Positions 9,902 through 21,400 of a stretch of 64,000 nt of DNA are shown here, in pieces (position 1 is the first letter of the stretch; every line of letters starts with the position of its first letter). A program made the position numbers and the translations under genes. The stretch covers positions 3,360 through 67,359 of the IMG/VR virus record IMGVR_UViG_3300047994_000025; one strand, given 5' to 3'. The notes beneath the pieces were generated by a model, which saw nothing but the letters and a program-made list of their open reading frames with translations, did not search any database and had not been told where the DNA came from. The stretch is from a virus.

Positions 9902-10969
9902 TTATTCGTACAGATCGGGGTTGGCGGTCATCACGGCCACCTTGGCGATTTCGAGCGTCGTGCCGGGGTGTTCCGTCTGGTACGCCTTGGCAAGCTGTTC
10001 GATCTTGGTCGACTTGGCGATGTCCTGAACACCGGCAGACGTGCCACGTTCTTGGAATGCACCGGCCAGACCAGCATTCGCAGCCTTCAGCATCGCGGTA
10101 AGCGTGCCGCGCTCGGCTTCCGACATGCCGTCCATCTTCTTCAGAACAGCGACCTTTTCGGAAGCGGTGCCGGGAAGATTGCCGTAGTCGGTATCGGCGA
10201 CCTTCGTCAGTTCGACGGTGCGGGCTTCGTCGCGTGCCTTGGCAAGCTCGGCGCGCTGTTCGACCAACGCTTCGTCTTGCTTCTTCAGCAGTTCGAAGAC
10301 GCCGGAGCCGACAGACGACTTGTGAATTTCCACACCGGTGACCGACTTGAAAACTTCGTCTTCCGTCGAAGCCTTTTCGATCATCTTCTTGCGCTCTTCG
10401 TCGGTCGCAGCCTTGAAGTTGTCGGCGGCGGTCTTGTCGGCCTTCGCCAGATATGCCTTTTCGGCGTCGGAGAACTTGGCGACCGTTTCAGCGTCCGCAA
10501 GCTTCTTCGTCAGATCGGCGATTTCCGCCAGTGCCTTCTTGAGTTCTTCACTCATTGTTTCGTGTTCCTTTGCGATAACTGTGTTGAACAGTTTTTCGAT
10601 GTCTTCAGGTGTAACACCCGTTTCGGGGGATTGCATAGCGGCCACGAACTGTGATACCGTTTCCGCTATTTTCGTCTGACGATCTTCGTCGGACAACGAC
10701 TCGTCGGCGACGATAGACGACACGGACGAATTGAAAGCCGACAGAAGCGGCCATACCTGTTCTTGCGCTTCCCACTTGCGCTTGCATTCCTGATCTTCAG
10801 CAAGAAACGCGTCGAACGACTGTGCGCCTTCCGTGGTCGAAAGGTACTTGACGATCGGAATTTCTTCGCTCTTCATGATGGACACAAGCGCGGGGGATTG
10901 TGCCGGGATAGTCACACCGCTGATTTCCCGAAGGTTCAGGGTCTTGACGATCTTTCGTTCCTTGGTCAT
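9902..10969 (-). CDS. Head scaffolding protein
   Basis: N-terminal LREISGVTIPAQ motif; K/E/A-rich coiled coil; upstream of decoration and MCP genes. Confidence 0.65.
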   Translation of the reverse strand: MTKERKIVKTLNLREISGVTIPAQSPALVSIMKSEEIPIVKYLSTTEGAQSFDAFLAEDQECKRKWEAQEQVWPLLSAFNSSVSSIVADESLSDEDRQTKIAETVSQFVAAMQSPETGVTPEDIEKLFNTVIAKEHETMSEELKKALAEIADLTKKLADAETVAKFSDAEKAYLAKADKTAADNFKAATDEERKKMIEKASTEDEVFKSVTGVEIHKSSVGSGVFELLKKQDEALVEQRAELAKARDEARTVELTKVADTDYGNLPGTASEKVAVLKKMDGMSEAERGTLTAMLKAANAGLAGAFQERGTSAGVQDIAKSTKIEQLAKAYQTEHPGTTLEIAKVAVMTANPDLYE

Positions 10970-11709
10970 GCGGGTACTAGCTCCCCTGATCCACCGATCG
11001 AAAAGCCGCTATATTCGCCAGATCGGAATTTGTTCAACATGTCACTCTTGGTCGCATCGGGCTTCATCGCGATCATGAGTCCCGTCTGATCAGAACGGAG
11101 ACCCATCGCCTTTGCGATGTCCGTCGTGACCGGGAACATGAACACAACCTTGCCTTTTTCTTCGCCAACATGCATTTCCTTCGCGATCGCGCCGTTTTCG
11201 GCGTATTCAGCGACGGCTTTAAGCATCACTTCTTCGGGGATGTGATGGCCTTGCGTGTCGAAATAATCTTGTCCGTCGATCTTCGAAATGATCGCCCAAC
11301 CGAACACCAGACCCAACGAATCATCGACCTTCGTCAGCTTGACCTGATTGGTCACCGGCGAGATATCGGCGAAGTGCGCTTCAAGCGTGTCGGCACCGTC
11401 AAGCCATTGTGCGGCGGCGCGGTGATGACCGTCCGCAATGTACGATTTACCGTTGTGGATCACGACCAGCGGTTTCTTGCCGGTCGAATCAGCACTTGCA
11501 CGGATCGCATCGACCTTGCCGTTCGACACGCGGTTTTGCATCGCGGTCAGCGCGTTCATTGCGAACGGCATGGTCGGCAGCGATTGCGTGTCGGTCAAAG
11601 CACCGAAGAAACGCGGTACTTGGTCTTCCCGGAGCGAACCGAGAACGTTACCGTCATAGTTGAACGGAATAGCCGAATGTTCCGTGTCGATGGGTGTGAG
11701 TGTGCGCAT
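10966..11709 (-). CDS. ParB/Srx-like domain fused to XkdF-like putative prohead serine protease
   Basis: N-half PLVVIHNGKSYIADGHHRAAA; C-half GLVFGWA...DTQGH...EMH...GEYSGFSIGG. Confidence 0.75.
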   Translation of the reverse strand: MRTLTPIDTEHSAIPFNYDGNVLGSLREDQVPRFFGALTDTQSLPTMPFAMNALTAMQNRVSNGKVDAIRASADSTGKKPLVVIHNGKSYIADGHHRAAAQWLDGADTLEAHFADISPVTNQVKLTKVDDSLGLVFGWAIISKIDGQDYFDTQGHHIPEEVMLKAVAEYAENGAIAKEMHVGEEKGKVVFMFPVTTDIAKAMGLRSDQTGLMIAMKPDATKSDMLNKFRSGEYSGFSIGGSGELVPA

Positions 11710-11801
11710 TATTTTTCATTACCATGCGGTTCGGGGGATTGACTACGGCGCAACGGGTCGGCTAGTTTGTCGTCACTTGTCAACAAACGGAGAAACGGGC
11801 A

Positions 11802-12940
11802 ATGATTTACAACTTCGCATTCATCATCACAGACGGAACCGTTTTTATCGACGGGTACGGTAAGGAAACGACGGACAAGAAGCGCGCCGAGCGCTATCCG
11901 TATCAGTGCGAAGCACAGCGCGCCGCCGCGACGTTCGGCAAACAGTACCGCGTTCGGGAGATTGACTAATGTTGGAAGTCGGCAAGCAGTACGAACACGC
12001 GTTTTCCCGGCGTACCGTTGAAATCGTGTACGCCGGGAAACAGATTGCGGTCGGTAAGACAATCGCACCCGGCACCACGGACGCCGACCCTGATGACGAA
12101 GTCGTCATTCGTGACGATCAGTACGGAAATTGGGTTCCGTACGTTCCGGAAATCGTCAAGTCGATTGTCGTTGACGTCATGATGAATACGGAAAGCGACG
12201 ATGTATGGTTTTCGACGCGTACATCACCGAATCCGGCTCCGTGCTATCCGGTTGCGGTCAAACGGTTGATGTCGTTCAGGTTTGACCATTCGAGCAAGAC
12301 CGGAACAACGTTTACGGAAGTGACGGAATGACGGTCGCGGCACAAGTCGCACTCGGCGTGATCATCGCCGTTTGCTGGTGGTTCGCAATTTACAAGGCGC
12401 TTAACCCATGATCGAACGACTCGTGCAACACAGTCGGCACGTCGCCGACGAAGCAACGGTAACGGCGGATGTCCTGAACGACGCCGCCGACCTACTCAAA
12501 GAAGCACAAGAGCATATCCTTTCGGTGTGCCGCGAATACGAAAAGGTGCTTCGCGCTTACGGCTATTCGGAAAGCACCGACAGCATCCGCGCGGCGCGCG
12601 ACTTCATCAAGGAAAAGCTGACATGACGACGTGGCCGGTAAACGCACAAGTCGGGCAACGGGTGGTTTGCATCTATCAGCTTCAAGACGAAGCTGTGAAA
12701 TACATGCCGGAAAAGGGGAAGGTTTACACGATCCGCGAAATCGTGCACCGGCAATCAGTATGGGGCGGATTCAAAGTCGGCTTTTTGCTGAAGGAAATCG
12801 TCAACCCGGTTCAGCGTACAATCATCAACGATATTGTCGAAGTCGCATTCATCTATACGGCATTTCGACCGGTCGATGAAACGAAAATCGACGTCTTCCG
12901 CAAGATTGCGGCGAACCCGCGCGTGCCGGTCGACGCTTAG
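11802..12940 (+). other. Counter-oriented island of four small ORFs (11802-11969, 11969-12331, 12408-12626, 12623-12940)
   Basis: TTGACT-N17-TAGTTT promoter at ~11739, AACGGAGA RBS, overlapping start/stop codons; first ORF (55 aa) hand-translated. Confidence 0.7.
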
Positions 12941-14538
12941 AACACGATCCGATATGAACAGACGCACCGGCAGCGAACCCGATCTTCTGCCGGTGCGCGA
13001 ATATCTCCGGGGAACATCAGCTTGTTACCGAGACCCGACGTGAACAACGTATCGATACCACGAACCGTGTTGTTCGCAGCCGCGCCAAGATAGACGTGTG
13101 ACGGGCGCGTTCTTCCGTCCTTCGTGGAATTCCATTTCTTTTCGACGTCACCCGGATCGATATCGGCTAGTTCGATAGTCTGCAACATCGCTTCGTGGTT
13201 CGCCGCGCTGGTCGCGGTGGTCGACTCCGTCAGCGCAATCGTATCGGCGCGGTATTCGATGTACCGTTCGCGGTATCGATCGACCATCTTGTCAATCTGA
13301 TCTTGCGACAACGGCTTTTCGTCGGCTCGGCGAACGGTCGGATCGAAACGACGATCGCGCAACGAACGGTCAAGCGCTTCTTTCGATCCGCTTTGCAGCA
13401 ATCGGCGATAGTTTTCGACGGCTTCATTCTGTTTCGGCGTCAGTCCGATCGCATCACGGAACGCGGCGGAAACCTGTTTCGGGTTCTTGCCTTCCGCAAG
13501 CGCGCGGGTCACAGCGTCACGAACGGCGTCGCGTTGCTCTTGCGAGACCTTGCCTTGAATGAATTCGTACGTCAGTTCGTTCGCGGCTTGCGCGGCACGC
13601 GGGTTCGTCGGGTCGAAGTTGATACCGACAGACGGGCGCAAACCACGTGCCAGCGCTTCAATTGCCTGTGCGTCTTGCTTTGCCTCTTGTGCCGCGCGTG
13701 CCGCTTCCCGTGCCGCCTGTGCGGCTTTGTCAGCCTGTGCAGCGGCTTGTTCGGGCGATGACGTAAGCATCGCTTGCGCGCGGTCGGCGAGCTTCGCAGC
13801 ATCTTCAGCCGCTTGGATGGCTTTGCGTGATGTATCGGTGATCGCGCCGGTCACGTCGCCGGGGATTGAACGGAGCTTCGCCGCCGAATCGAGCGCGGCT
13901 TGTATCGACTTCATGGCGCGTTGCGCGGATAGCCGAGCTTCTTGCGCGTCCCATACCGCTGTTTTCGTCGCGTCCTTCGACAGCTTGACTTGTTCTTCGG
14001 TCGCGGTGATTGCGTCAACCGCATTGCGTACCGCGTGTGCGCTGTTCGTTGCGGACGCTTCAGCGACTCGAGCCGGTTCGGCGACGTTCGTGAATATCAC
14101 AGGTGCCGTCGAAGGTCGCATGCCTTCAAGCGCGGCGGTGAAGTCGGCGGTGATGTCCTTACCGACTGTTGCATATCCGGATTGGATCGCTTCGGCGACA
14201 CGCATCAACGGTGCATCAATCAGGTCAATCGCTTCGCTGACACTGTTGCGCGCGATCAGTACCGTAATGGTGTTCATGAATTCGTCGGATCGCAGCACCC
14301 GGACATAGTCAATGAACGCACGCTTGATCTTCACAGCCACAAGCAACGCCAGCGCGGCGAGCTTGGAATCGCTGATCATCCGCAACGCCGACGTGATCGC
14401 GCCACCTTCGACAAGGTCAGCGACCGCACCGATCAGTTCGTTATCGTCGGATGTTTCCACGAACCGTGTGAACGTCGGTCGGTACTTCTTCGGTACTTTC
14501 GTTTCGATCAGGTCCGCTAGGCGGCTTGCATTGCTCAA
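12937..14538 (-). CDS. Head morphogenesis protein (SPP1 gp7 / Mu gpF family)
   Basis: RADTIALTE...KKWNSTKDGRTRPSH...MFPGD...RCRC; probable TTG start overlapping the upstream stop. Confidence 0.88.
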   Translation of the reverse strand: MSNASRLADLIETKVPKKYRPTFTRFVETSDDNELIGAVADLVEGGAITSALRMISDSKLAALALLVAVKIKRAFIDYVRVLRSDEFMNTITVLIARNSVSEAIDLIDAPLMRVAEAIQSGYATVGKDITADFTAALEGMRPSTAPVIFTNVAEPARVAEASATNSAHAVRNAVDAITATEEQVKLSKDATKTAVWDAQEARLSAQRAMKSIQAALDSAAKLRSIPGDVTGAITDTSRKAIQAAEDAAKLADRAQAMLTSSPEQAAAQADKAAQAAREAARAAQEAKQDAQAIEALARGLRPSVGINFDPTNPRAAQAANELTYEFIQGKVSQEQRDAVRDAVTRALAEGKNPKQVSAAFRDAIGLTPKQNEAVENYRRLLQSGSKEALDRSLRDRRFDPTVRRADEKPLSQDQIDKMVDRYRERYIEYRADTIALTESTTATSAANHEAMLQTIELADIDPGDVEKKWNSTKDGRTRPSHVYLGAAANNTVRGIDTLFTSGLGNKLMFPGDIRAPAEDRVRCRCVCSYRIVF

Positions 14539-15119
14539 AGCGGACCACCGAACCCGAAGCGACCACGTCGACCAACTGTCGCGTCCATACACGTGCCGAA
14601 CGACGTCGCACCAGCGTTACCCGCCGAGCCGCCGCGCGCGCAAAGCCAGTCACCCAACACGCTCATGATGTACGAAGGGAACGGAGCGACCGAGCCGTTA
14701 CCGAACACCGTGAACGACAGGTTGCGGAAGTATTCGATTTCGACCGACCCGGCCTTCAGTCGCTTGGTTCCACCGTCCGCCGACCCGGCGACATTGCCGA
14801 TCATCTGGTCAGGAAGTTCAGGGTTCGACGCGATCAGGATCGATAGAAGGATCGTTGCCATTTCAATCTGTGGAGCGACCGGGATAGTCACACCCGCGAT
14901 GACGCGCGGCCATTTGAGCGGTTGATCCGGATCGACCTTGTCACCAATCCAGCACTGTGAATCGATCCACCGGGTAGCGGTGACAACCGCGCGACCCTTG
15001 TCGTCTTCAAGCAACGCGTCCCAATCAGCGACGTTCAGCGAACCGTTCGCATAATCATCGACCTGTTCGACCGTGGCGTACGTTTCGTATGTCTTGCCGT
15101 TGATTGTGACGTTTGGCAT
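14535..15119 (-). CDS. DnaT-like head-tail connector protein
   Basis: TYATVEQVDDY...ATRWID...QPLKWPR...KAGSVEIEY. Confidence 0.75.
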   Translation of the reverse strand: MPNVTINGKTYETYATVEQVDDYANGSLNVADWDALLEDDKGRAVVTATRWIDSQCWIGDKVDPDQPLKWPRVIAGVTIPVAPQIEMATILLSILIASNPELPDQMIGNVAGSADGGTKRLKAGSVEIEYFRNLSFTVFGNGSVAPFPSYIMSVLGDWLCARGGSAGNAGATSFGTCMDATVGRRGRFGFGGPL

Positions 15120-15188
15120 GCATTAAAGCCCGCTCATGATGGATAATGAGCGGGACAATAACAGCAAATTTGCCGAATGACTATGGTG

Positions 15189-15404
15189 TCAGGTAGTCGA
15201 CATGATTCCAGCGGTCTTCAGCGCAGCAAGCAACGCGTCATATTCCGCTTTTGTCGGGTTCGCACCGGCAGCATTGGCAACAAGTGCCGCCTTCTTGACC
15301 GTACCGGCGACGGTGGTCGTCGCGGCGGCGGTTACACTGCGTCCGTCCGGGGTCTCGAAACCACCGGCTTTGATGACACGCTTGTCGATTTTATTCACGC
15401 CCAT
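15189..15404 (-). CDS. Small head fibre-like protein
   Basis: GTVKKAA...PTKAEYDALLAALKTAGIM. Confidence 0.6.
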   Translation of the reverse strand: MGVNKIDKRVIKAGGFETPDGRSVTAAATTTVAGTVKKAALVANAAGANPTKAEYDALLAALKTAGIMSTT

Positions 15405-16749
15405 TGTTCGGGACTCCTTCGGTTAGGGGAACGTATTCTTCGGCTTCACTCACGCCGAGCAAGGTGCGAACGTCGTTGATGACAGGATCGGTCGGCGATA
15501 GGATCGCACCGGCTGTCGCCATGTCACGAAGTGCGGCGGTGATTTCTTCGACGCTCTTGAAGCTGACATCTTCCGGCTGAAGCGAAGGCATAAGGTCTTC
15601 GTTCAGACCGTTCATTTTCCACAACGGACCGAAAAAGTCCTTGTCCATTGCTTCGCCGATATCCTTGGTGCAGGAATTGACGTTCAGGTACAGATTGCGC
15701 GACTTGTCTTCCGACAGCGCACGCGATCCGCTATCCTTGCCAACGAGAAGCCCTTCGACGCCGAGAATCAACGCCATGTCGTACGCTTCACGATTGATCG
15801 CTTCGCCGACCGCTTCGATCCCCTGTGAACTTCCCGTCAGAATATCCATGTCCCATTTGGGAGCGCTTGACGGTGTCTCGCCGGTGTCGGTCTTGCTCAT
15901 GTACACAGAACTGTCAAGCAACAGACCGGTGTTCGTGGATTTGGCACGGAGCGAAACGAATTGTGCCATGCCGTTGATCATCGCGTCGGCTTGCGCGCGT
16001 GTGATCTGACCAGCTTCGACGGCGGCTTCGACTTCGGCGCGCGGCGCGCGGCCCACGGGGATACCCCGGAAGTCACGTTCAAAGCCGGAACCTTCGATGC
16101 GCTTATATTCCATGTACCTGTCGGCGGGTTCGGCAAGGTGACGCACAAGCCCGAAGCCTTCCGGACTATCCGTCAACGAATCATCGACCAGATAAATCAG
16201 CTTCCCGCGCGGGATATAGATCGGCTGGTACGTCAGCGGCGAGAACTGCACAACGCCCTTGACGTCGCCGTTATTATCGATGTCCCATTGCTGAATCGTA
16301 TGTTGCGGGCGCGGCGCGACACGCTTGAAACCAAGCTTCCCGTCCTTGCGCTTCTTCGCCGTCCATTCCTGAAGCCCGAAGCCGTAAAAGCGGAACATCG
16401 CCGATCGGCGAATAATCCGGTGCCACGACTGATCCATGTCGTACATGCATTCTTCGGCGAACTCGGCGAGTGCCTTCGCTTCCGACGAATCGTTCTTCGG
16501 TTCGATCTTCCATTCGGGAGACGCGACAAGGTTCAGGAAGTAGTGAATACCAGCGGCGACGATCGAAACGTTCGCTAGGATATCCGAAGCGGTGATATAC
16601 TTCTGTTCGCCGATCAGGCGCGGATTGCGCTCTTCCGGGGTGTTGATATAGCCGCCGACAACCTGAAAACCCGGAACGCCCATGTTCTTCATGGGTTTCA
16701 CGGGTTCAGGTGCTACACCGACTGATGTGACTCCGGGTAAATCTGCCAT
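15391..16749 (-). CDS. Portal protein (DUF935-like)
   Basis: 452 aa; FYGFGLQEW...APRPQHTI..W...DSPEGFGL...GSRALSEDK. Confidence 0.85.
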   Translation of the reverse strand: MADLPGVTSVGVAPEPVKPMKNMGVPGFQVVGGYINTPEERNPRLIGEQKYITASDILANVSIVAAGIHYFLNLVASPEWKIEPKNDSSEAKALAEFAEECMYDMDQSWHRIIRRSAMFRFYGFGLQEWTAKKRKDGKLGFKRVAPRPQHTIQQWDIDNNGDVKGVVQFSPLTYQPIYIPRGKLIYLVDDSLTDSPEGFGLVRHLAEPADRYMEYKRIEGSGFERDFRGIPVGRAPRAEVEAAVEAGQITRAQADAMINGMAQFVSLRAKSTNTGLLLDSSVYMSKTDTGETPSSAPKWDMDILTGSSQGIEAVGEAINREAYDMALILGVEGLLVGKDSGSRALSEDKSRNLYLNVNSCTKDIGEAMDKDFFGPLWKMNGLNEDLMPSLQPEDVSFKSVEEITAALRDMATAGAILSPTDPVINDVRTLLGVSEAEEYVPLTEGVPNNGRE

Positions 16750-16783
16750 ACCGTGACACTTATCACAGCGTCACGGGGAATGA

Positions 16784-17371
16784 CTAGGTCATGACGATCC
16801 GTCTTCGTTTCAGACCTTCGTCACGGTTCATCGGTTCGCCGACATGCCAGAACCCACAATGTCGGCACTTGAACGGAACGCGAACTTCGCGGTCGTGCTT
16901 GCGACGGATGTCCTTCGCGTCATATGCCGCGTGGTGAAAGTTTCGGTACTCTTTCTTTCCATGGCAAGTCGTCATGTTCCGAACCTTATCCTGACCGGGT
17001 TCTGTCGCTCGGCGGCGGCTTCGCTGGCAAGCCAGACCAGTGCGGCGAGCATCGGCGCGTCAATCGCGACGTGCGTGTTCTCGGCGGCAATGTGTGCGAT
17101 CATGCCCGACATTTCAGTCAAGCCGCCTTGTTCAAGATAAGCGACGATCGGTGCGATTTCACTCGGCGGTTTCTGCATTGGTCTTCACCTTGACGTTGAT
17201 TCGGTACAAGACCTTACCACGATTGCGACCGACTTTCATCGCCTGATCGCACGAAGGATGCGGGAAACCCATCATATGAGACGTGATCATTCCACCGCGA
17301 TACACGTTGATCACCGCGTCACGAATGTTTCGCTCTTGGTCGAAGATTGGGAGATTATATCGATCAATCAT
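16784..17371 (-). other. Three small hypothetical ORFs (16784-16975 with CRHCGFWH zinc motif, 16972-17178, 17159-17371)
   Basis: Overlapping, translationally coupled ORFs in the track. Confidence 0.6.
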
Positions 17372-17601
17372 GGTGCAACCATCCTTGCGAAATCTTCAAC
17401 GGTTCGGCAGTCCTGAAACGACTCGGCGCACCGGGGGAACGCATCGTACAGTGCCGTTTCAAGCTGGTCGCGCTCCTTGCCGACCAAACCCCAATCGATC
17501 GCCACATCATCAGATCGTTCGACCTTGTGCGCCGGAATGCCGAAGATGCGTTCGATCAAGTTCGCGATTTTGTCACAGATAGAAAGATGCGTCATGATCA
17601 C
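17368..17601 (-). CDS. Acyl-carrier-protein-like protein lacking the phosphopantetheine serine
   Basis: 77 aa; KIANLIERIFGI...DWGLVGKERDQLETALYDAF...TVEDF parallels the ACP pattern ...[20 protein letters not shown]...TVQ. Confidence 0.6.
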   Translation of the reverse strand: MIMTHLSICDKIANLIERIFGIPAHKVERSDDVAIDWGLVGKERDQLETALYDAFPRCAESFQDCRTVEDFARMVAP

Positions 17602-18320
17602 ACCGCCTTTCGGAATGCGACGACATCGTTAGGTGTAGCGGTCAAGCTGCGAGACCAATCAATCGCACTGACCACGTATTCACTAAGCCGAGTGCCGTTC
17701 CGAAGCTGAACTTCGACAATATCATTCAGTCGCAATTCAGCCGGATAAGCGCCTTTGCCGTGCCAATCGATCCACGGACGATCCGGTTGCGCCGGTTCAG
17801 TAATTTTTCGATACGACACCACTTCGATACCGCGCCGATACGCTTTCGAATACGACCAGTCGATGACGTCGACACGTTCTGTCATCGCACCGCCGTTACG
17901 GAGTCGCACTTGAACGTAATCCGACATCTTCAGTCCTTCCGGAACGGAGCCGTTACCGTCCCAATCGATCCAACCGTCATCAACGGCAAACTGATTCGCA
18001 TCGATCGTCGTACGGGTCTTTCCGTCCGCTGATGTGACGGTCATTCCGACATCCACACCGCCGACCGAAACCCTGCCTTCTTCATTGATCCGAATAGGCG
18101 TCGCGGCCACGGACATTGCTTCGATGTTGCCGAAGTCGGTGTTTGCGATCAACCAAGGCGAAGACGAATCACCCTGTCGCATCGTTTCGAGTTCTTCAAC
18201 TACCGCTTGCCGAATTTGCTGTTCGGTCGTTGCGCCCGTGACGCCGCGATATAGCTTCAGCGCTTCTTTCGCGCTATCGGCTTCGATCGTGAAGCCTTCC
18301 CATGTGATCATGACAGCCAT
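17598..18320 (-). CDS. Hypothetical protein with two tandem WIDW...VxLRNG...IDWS...VVx(Y/F)RK domains
   Basis: Internal repeat visible in translation; AACGGAGA RBS before ATG 18320. Confidence 0.7.
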   Translation of the reverse strand: MAVMITWEGFTIEADSAKEALKLYRGVTGATTEQQIRQAVVEELETMRQGDSSSPWLIANTDFGNIEAMSVAATPIRINEEGRVSVGGVDVGMTVTSADGKTRTTIDANQFAVDDGWIDWDGNGSVPEGLKMSDYVQVRLRNGGAMTERVDVIDWSYSKAYRRGIEVVSYRKITEPAQPDRPWIDWHGKGAYPAELRLNDIVEVQLRNGTRLSEYVVSAIDWSRSLTATPNDVVAFRKAV

Positions 18321-18441
18321 GCTTATGCCCTTCTCCGTTGAACTGACGAAACGATAAATTCGATCGTTGTCAGGTGTCAAGCTGTTGACAAGCGACAACA
18401 GCTAAAATAGTTGTACGGCAGTCAAAACGGAGAATCATCGA

Positions 18442-21400
18442 ATGTCTGAACGTCTAAAACAGTTCTATCGCGAATATCTCGCATGGGTCGAAGCCGGTTG
18501 CCCGCACAGTGATATATTCGCCACAAACTGGGGTCTGTGCACATGCTTGGATGGTTGGTCGGGCGATGACGACGTTCTTCATGAGGAACAGGCATCTTTG
18601 TTTCGGTCTGCTGGACTAAGTGTGGCGTACCCGTTTAACGAAGACATGGTGTGCTACGGCTACGAACACAACAAGACGAAAAATGAAGCCCGTATATCAT
18701 GGGTACGGGAGCAAGCGGCATGACGATCAGACACAACGGCTTGCGGATCGACCACGCGCGGTTCTACACACCCGAAACGACGAAGTTCGACGGAACGCCG
18801 TTGCGCGCTCCCCGCTTCGAAATCATGTTCAAGGAAGACGCGAACCCTGACCGCCCGGAACTGCCTTGGCGGTCTTCGTCGCGCGACCCGGCGCGCACAC
18901 GATACGCCGTCTATGCTGCGACAGCCACACCACGCTTGACATTCGCCAAACCGGAAGATTACGTGAACCTGATCGCACTTCACAACGTGTTCAAGGTGCG
19001 CAACATTCCTCTTGATTTGATGTTCCGTGGCGCGCTGTGCGACCTGATCGTCAAGGAATGGGAACGCAACGATGAAACGGTGTTGCAGTTCTCCGAACTG
19101 ATCTTCGCCGACATGACCACATTCAACATAAACGGAGATTTACCAGCATGACAAACATAATCACAGGTCCGGGTTTCTATCGCACTGTCGACGGTCGTCG
19201 CGTCGAACTGATCTTACGACCCGGTGGCGACATTGCCGAAGCACTGAACCTTGAATGCTTTGACGGCACCCGTAACGGACCCCTTAGAGTTCCGGATTCG
19301 AAACAGAAATACTTGTTGACCGGCGCGGTGTACAATATGAGACCCGGCGAAGAAAACGATCGGATCGTCGGACTATAGTCCGACGATCCGAAGGTCGGCG
19401 AAACGTGGTACGGTCGTGCGTGCTATGTCCCGTACAAGATCGAAGCGGTTGCGGCTGGTCACGTGATCGTCAGCAAAGAGCCGAACTATTCAAGCGCAAT
19501 GGACCTACATTCGTTTCATCTGTCGTATCAACCCGCGCCGCGTTTTATCGACGGTTGGGTCAATCTGTGGCACGACGGCGACAAGCACTTGGCGACCGTC
19601 GAAGTCGAAAGCGTGCCGACATGATCATTCCGCGTTACGACCTGATGTCCGATCTTGAGCTTGAAATGTCGCTGATGACGATCAAACTCGCATTGAACAC
19701 AACGTATGGGAACCCGTTCTTGTGTTACGCGCTCATGTCACTTGTTCGACATGAAATGAAAAAGCGGGTTGCGGCGCGCGCCGCGATCGGCTAACAGTTG
19801 ACATCAGACAACAACGGAGAACCTATCAATGATCATTCGTCTTCGCCGCTACGTGAAGCGCATCACCTATCCGGACGGCGACATCAGCAAGCCGGAAGTC
19901 ACCAACGAACTTGTCTTGGATAAAGGCTTGCGTGTTCAGACCGTGCCGCGCGTCGGCGAGTACGTCGGATATCGCCGATACGAAAACGGTAAACTGTTCA
20001 TGGTGAAGCACGTCGGTCATACGATTGATCAGGCGCGACCCGGCGACACCGATCATGACATCGTTGTGGAGATTGACTAAATGACACAGCCGATCAAACC
20101 GAGCGACGTCGCCGCACAACGACGAACGATCATCCCCGAAGGTGTGATCAAGGTTTTTAACCACCTGATCGCCGAGAATTACGCGGGCGGTGAATCGATG
20201 GTCAAGCAAGAAGCCGTGATTGAATGCCTTGTTCGCGGCGGCTTTAACCGATCGCAAATCTTCGATAAAGGGTGGTTGAACGTCGAAGAACTCTTTCGTG
20301 CGTCGGGTTGGGAAGTCGAATATCACAAGTCGGATTATACCGACACATACGATTCATATTTCGTGTTCAGGGGAGCGTGACACATGGCTGATTTCTGCCA
20401 ACAGTGCACCATGACGACGTTCGGACCAGAAACCCGTGATCTTGCCGGTCTGTCGACACCTGAAGACACCGTGAAAGGTCTGTACGCCGTCGTGCTGTGT
20501 GAAGGGTGCGGCCCGACACTGGTCGACCATGAAGGCAAGTGCATGTGCGAGGATTGCTTAGAAGGACATGGGAAACAATGAGCAAACTAACCAAGAAACT
20601 CGAATGGCGCGAAGTCGAAGAAGGCTGGTACGCTGTCAATCGCGGCGACGAACAACTGTATTCGCCCGTTCCACCGTACGAAGTGCGGATTACGTCACGC
20701 GGCGAAGTTCGCGTTCGTGGTTTTGCTTCACTGAACCGCTTCGAAACATTCGACGGCTCGGTCGAACAGGCAAAGGCGGCTTGCCATGATCATTTCGAAA
20801 GGCTGGTGACTGAATGGCTAGTCTGAAGATCATTCAAATCGCCGTCGAACTTGAAGACGAATCGATCGCTGTCGTATCGCTCCCGCAAGAGCGCATGAAC
20901 ATGCTGATCGGCTTCATTGAAGCGTTGTCGGAAGGTCCGATCAAGCTGGTCAAGCTCCCCGGAATGAAGCGCGTGCCGCTCGCTGAAGCGGTGACAGAAT
21001 GACCGCTCGAGTCGTACTGTTGATCACCCTGACCACTGTCACAACATCGCTTGTGACAAGCTTTTTCCTCTTTGCACTGGTGGCACGATGAAACAGAAAT
21101 ACGAATTGACCGAAGCCGACATCAAGCGAGCTATCGCGCTGTATATTATGACCGAAAACCCCAAAGTGACGAACGTCGAATATTCGAAGGTGTATCTTTC
21201 CGCATCGGCGAATATCGATGATCGATACGGCACGTCATACGGCCACACAATCAGCGCAACGGTGGATGTGCAGTGATGAACATTCGAGCGCAAGCGGTGA
21301 ACATAACGGCGACTATCGCCGGGTTGTACAAGGAACTTGGTCAGCTTCAAGAGACCTGTACGCACGAAACGAGTGCGTACAGTCCGAAAGGCAGTTCGGG

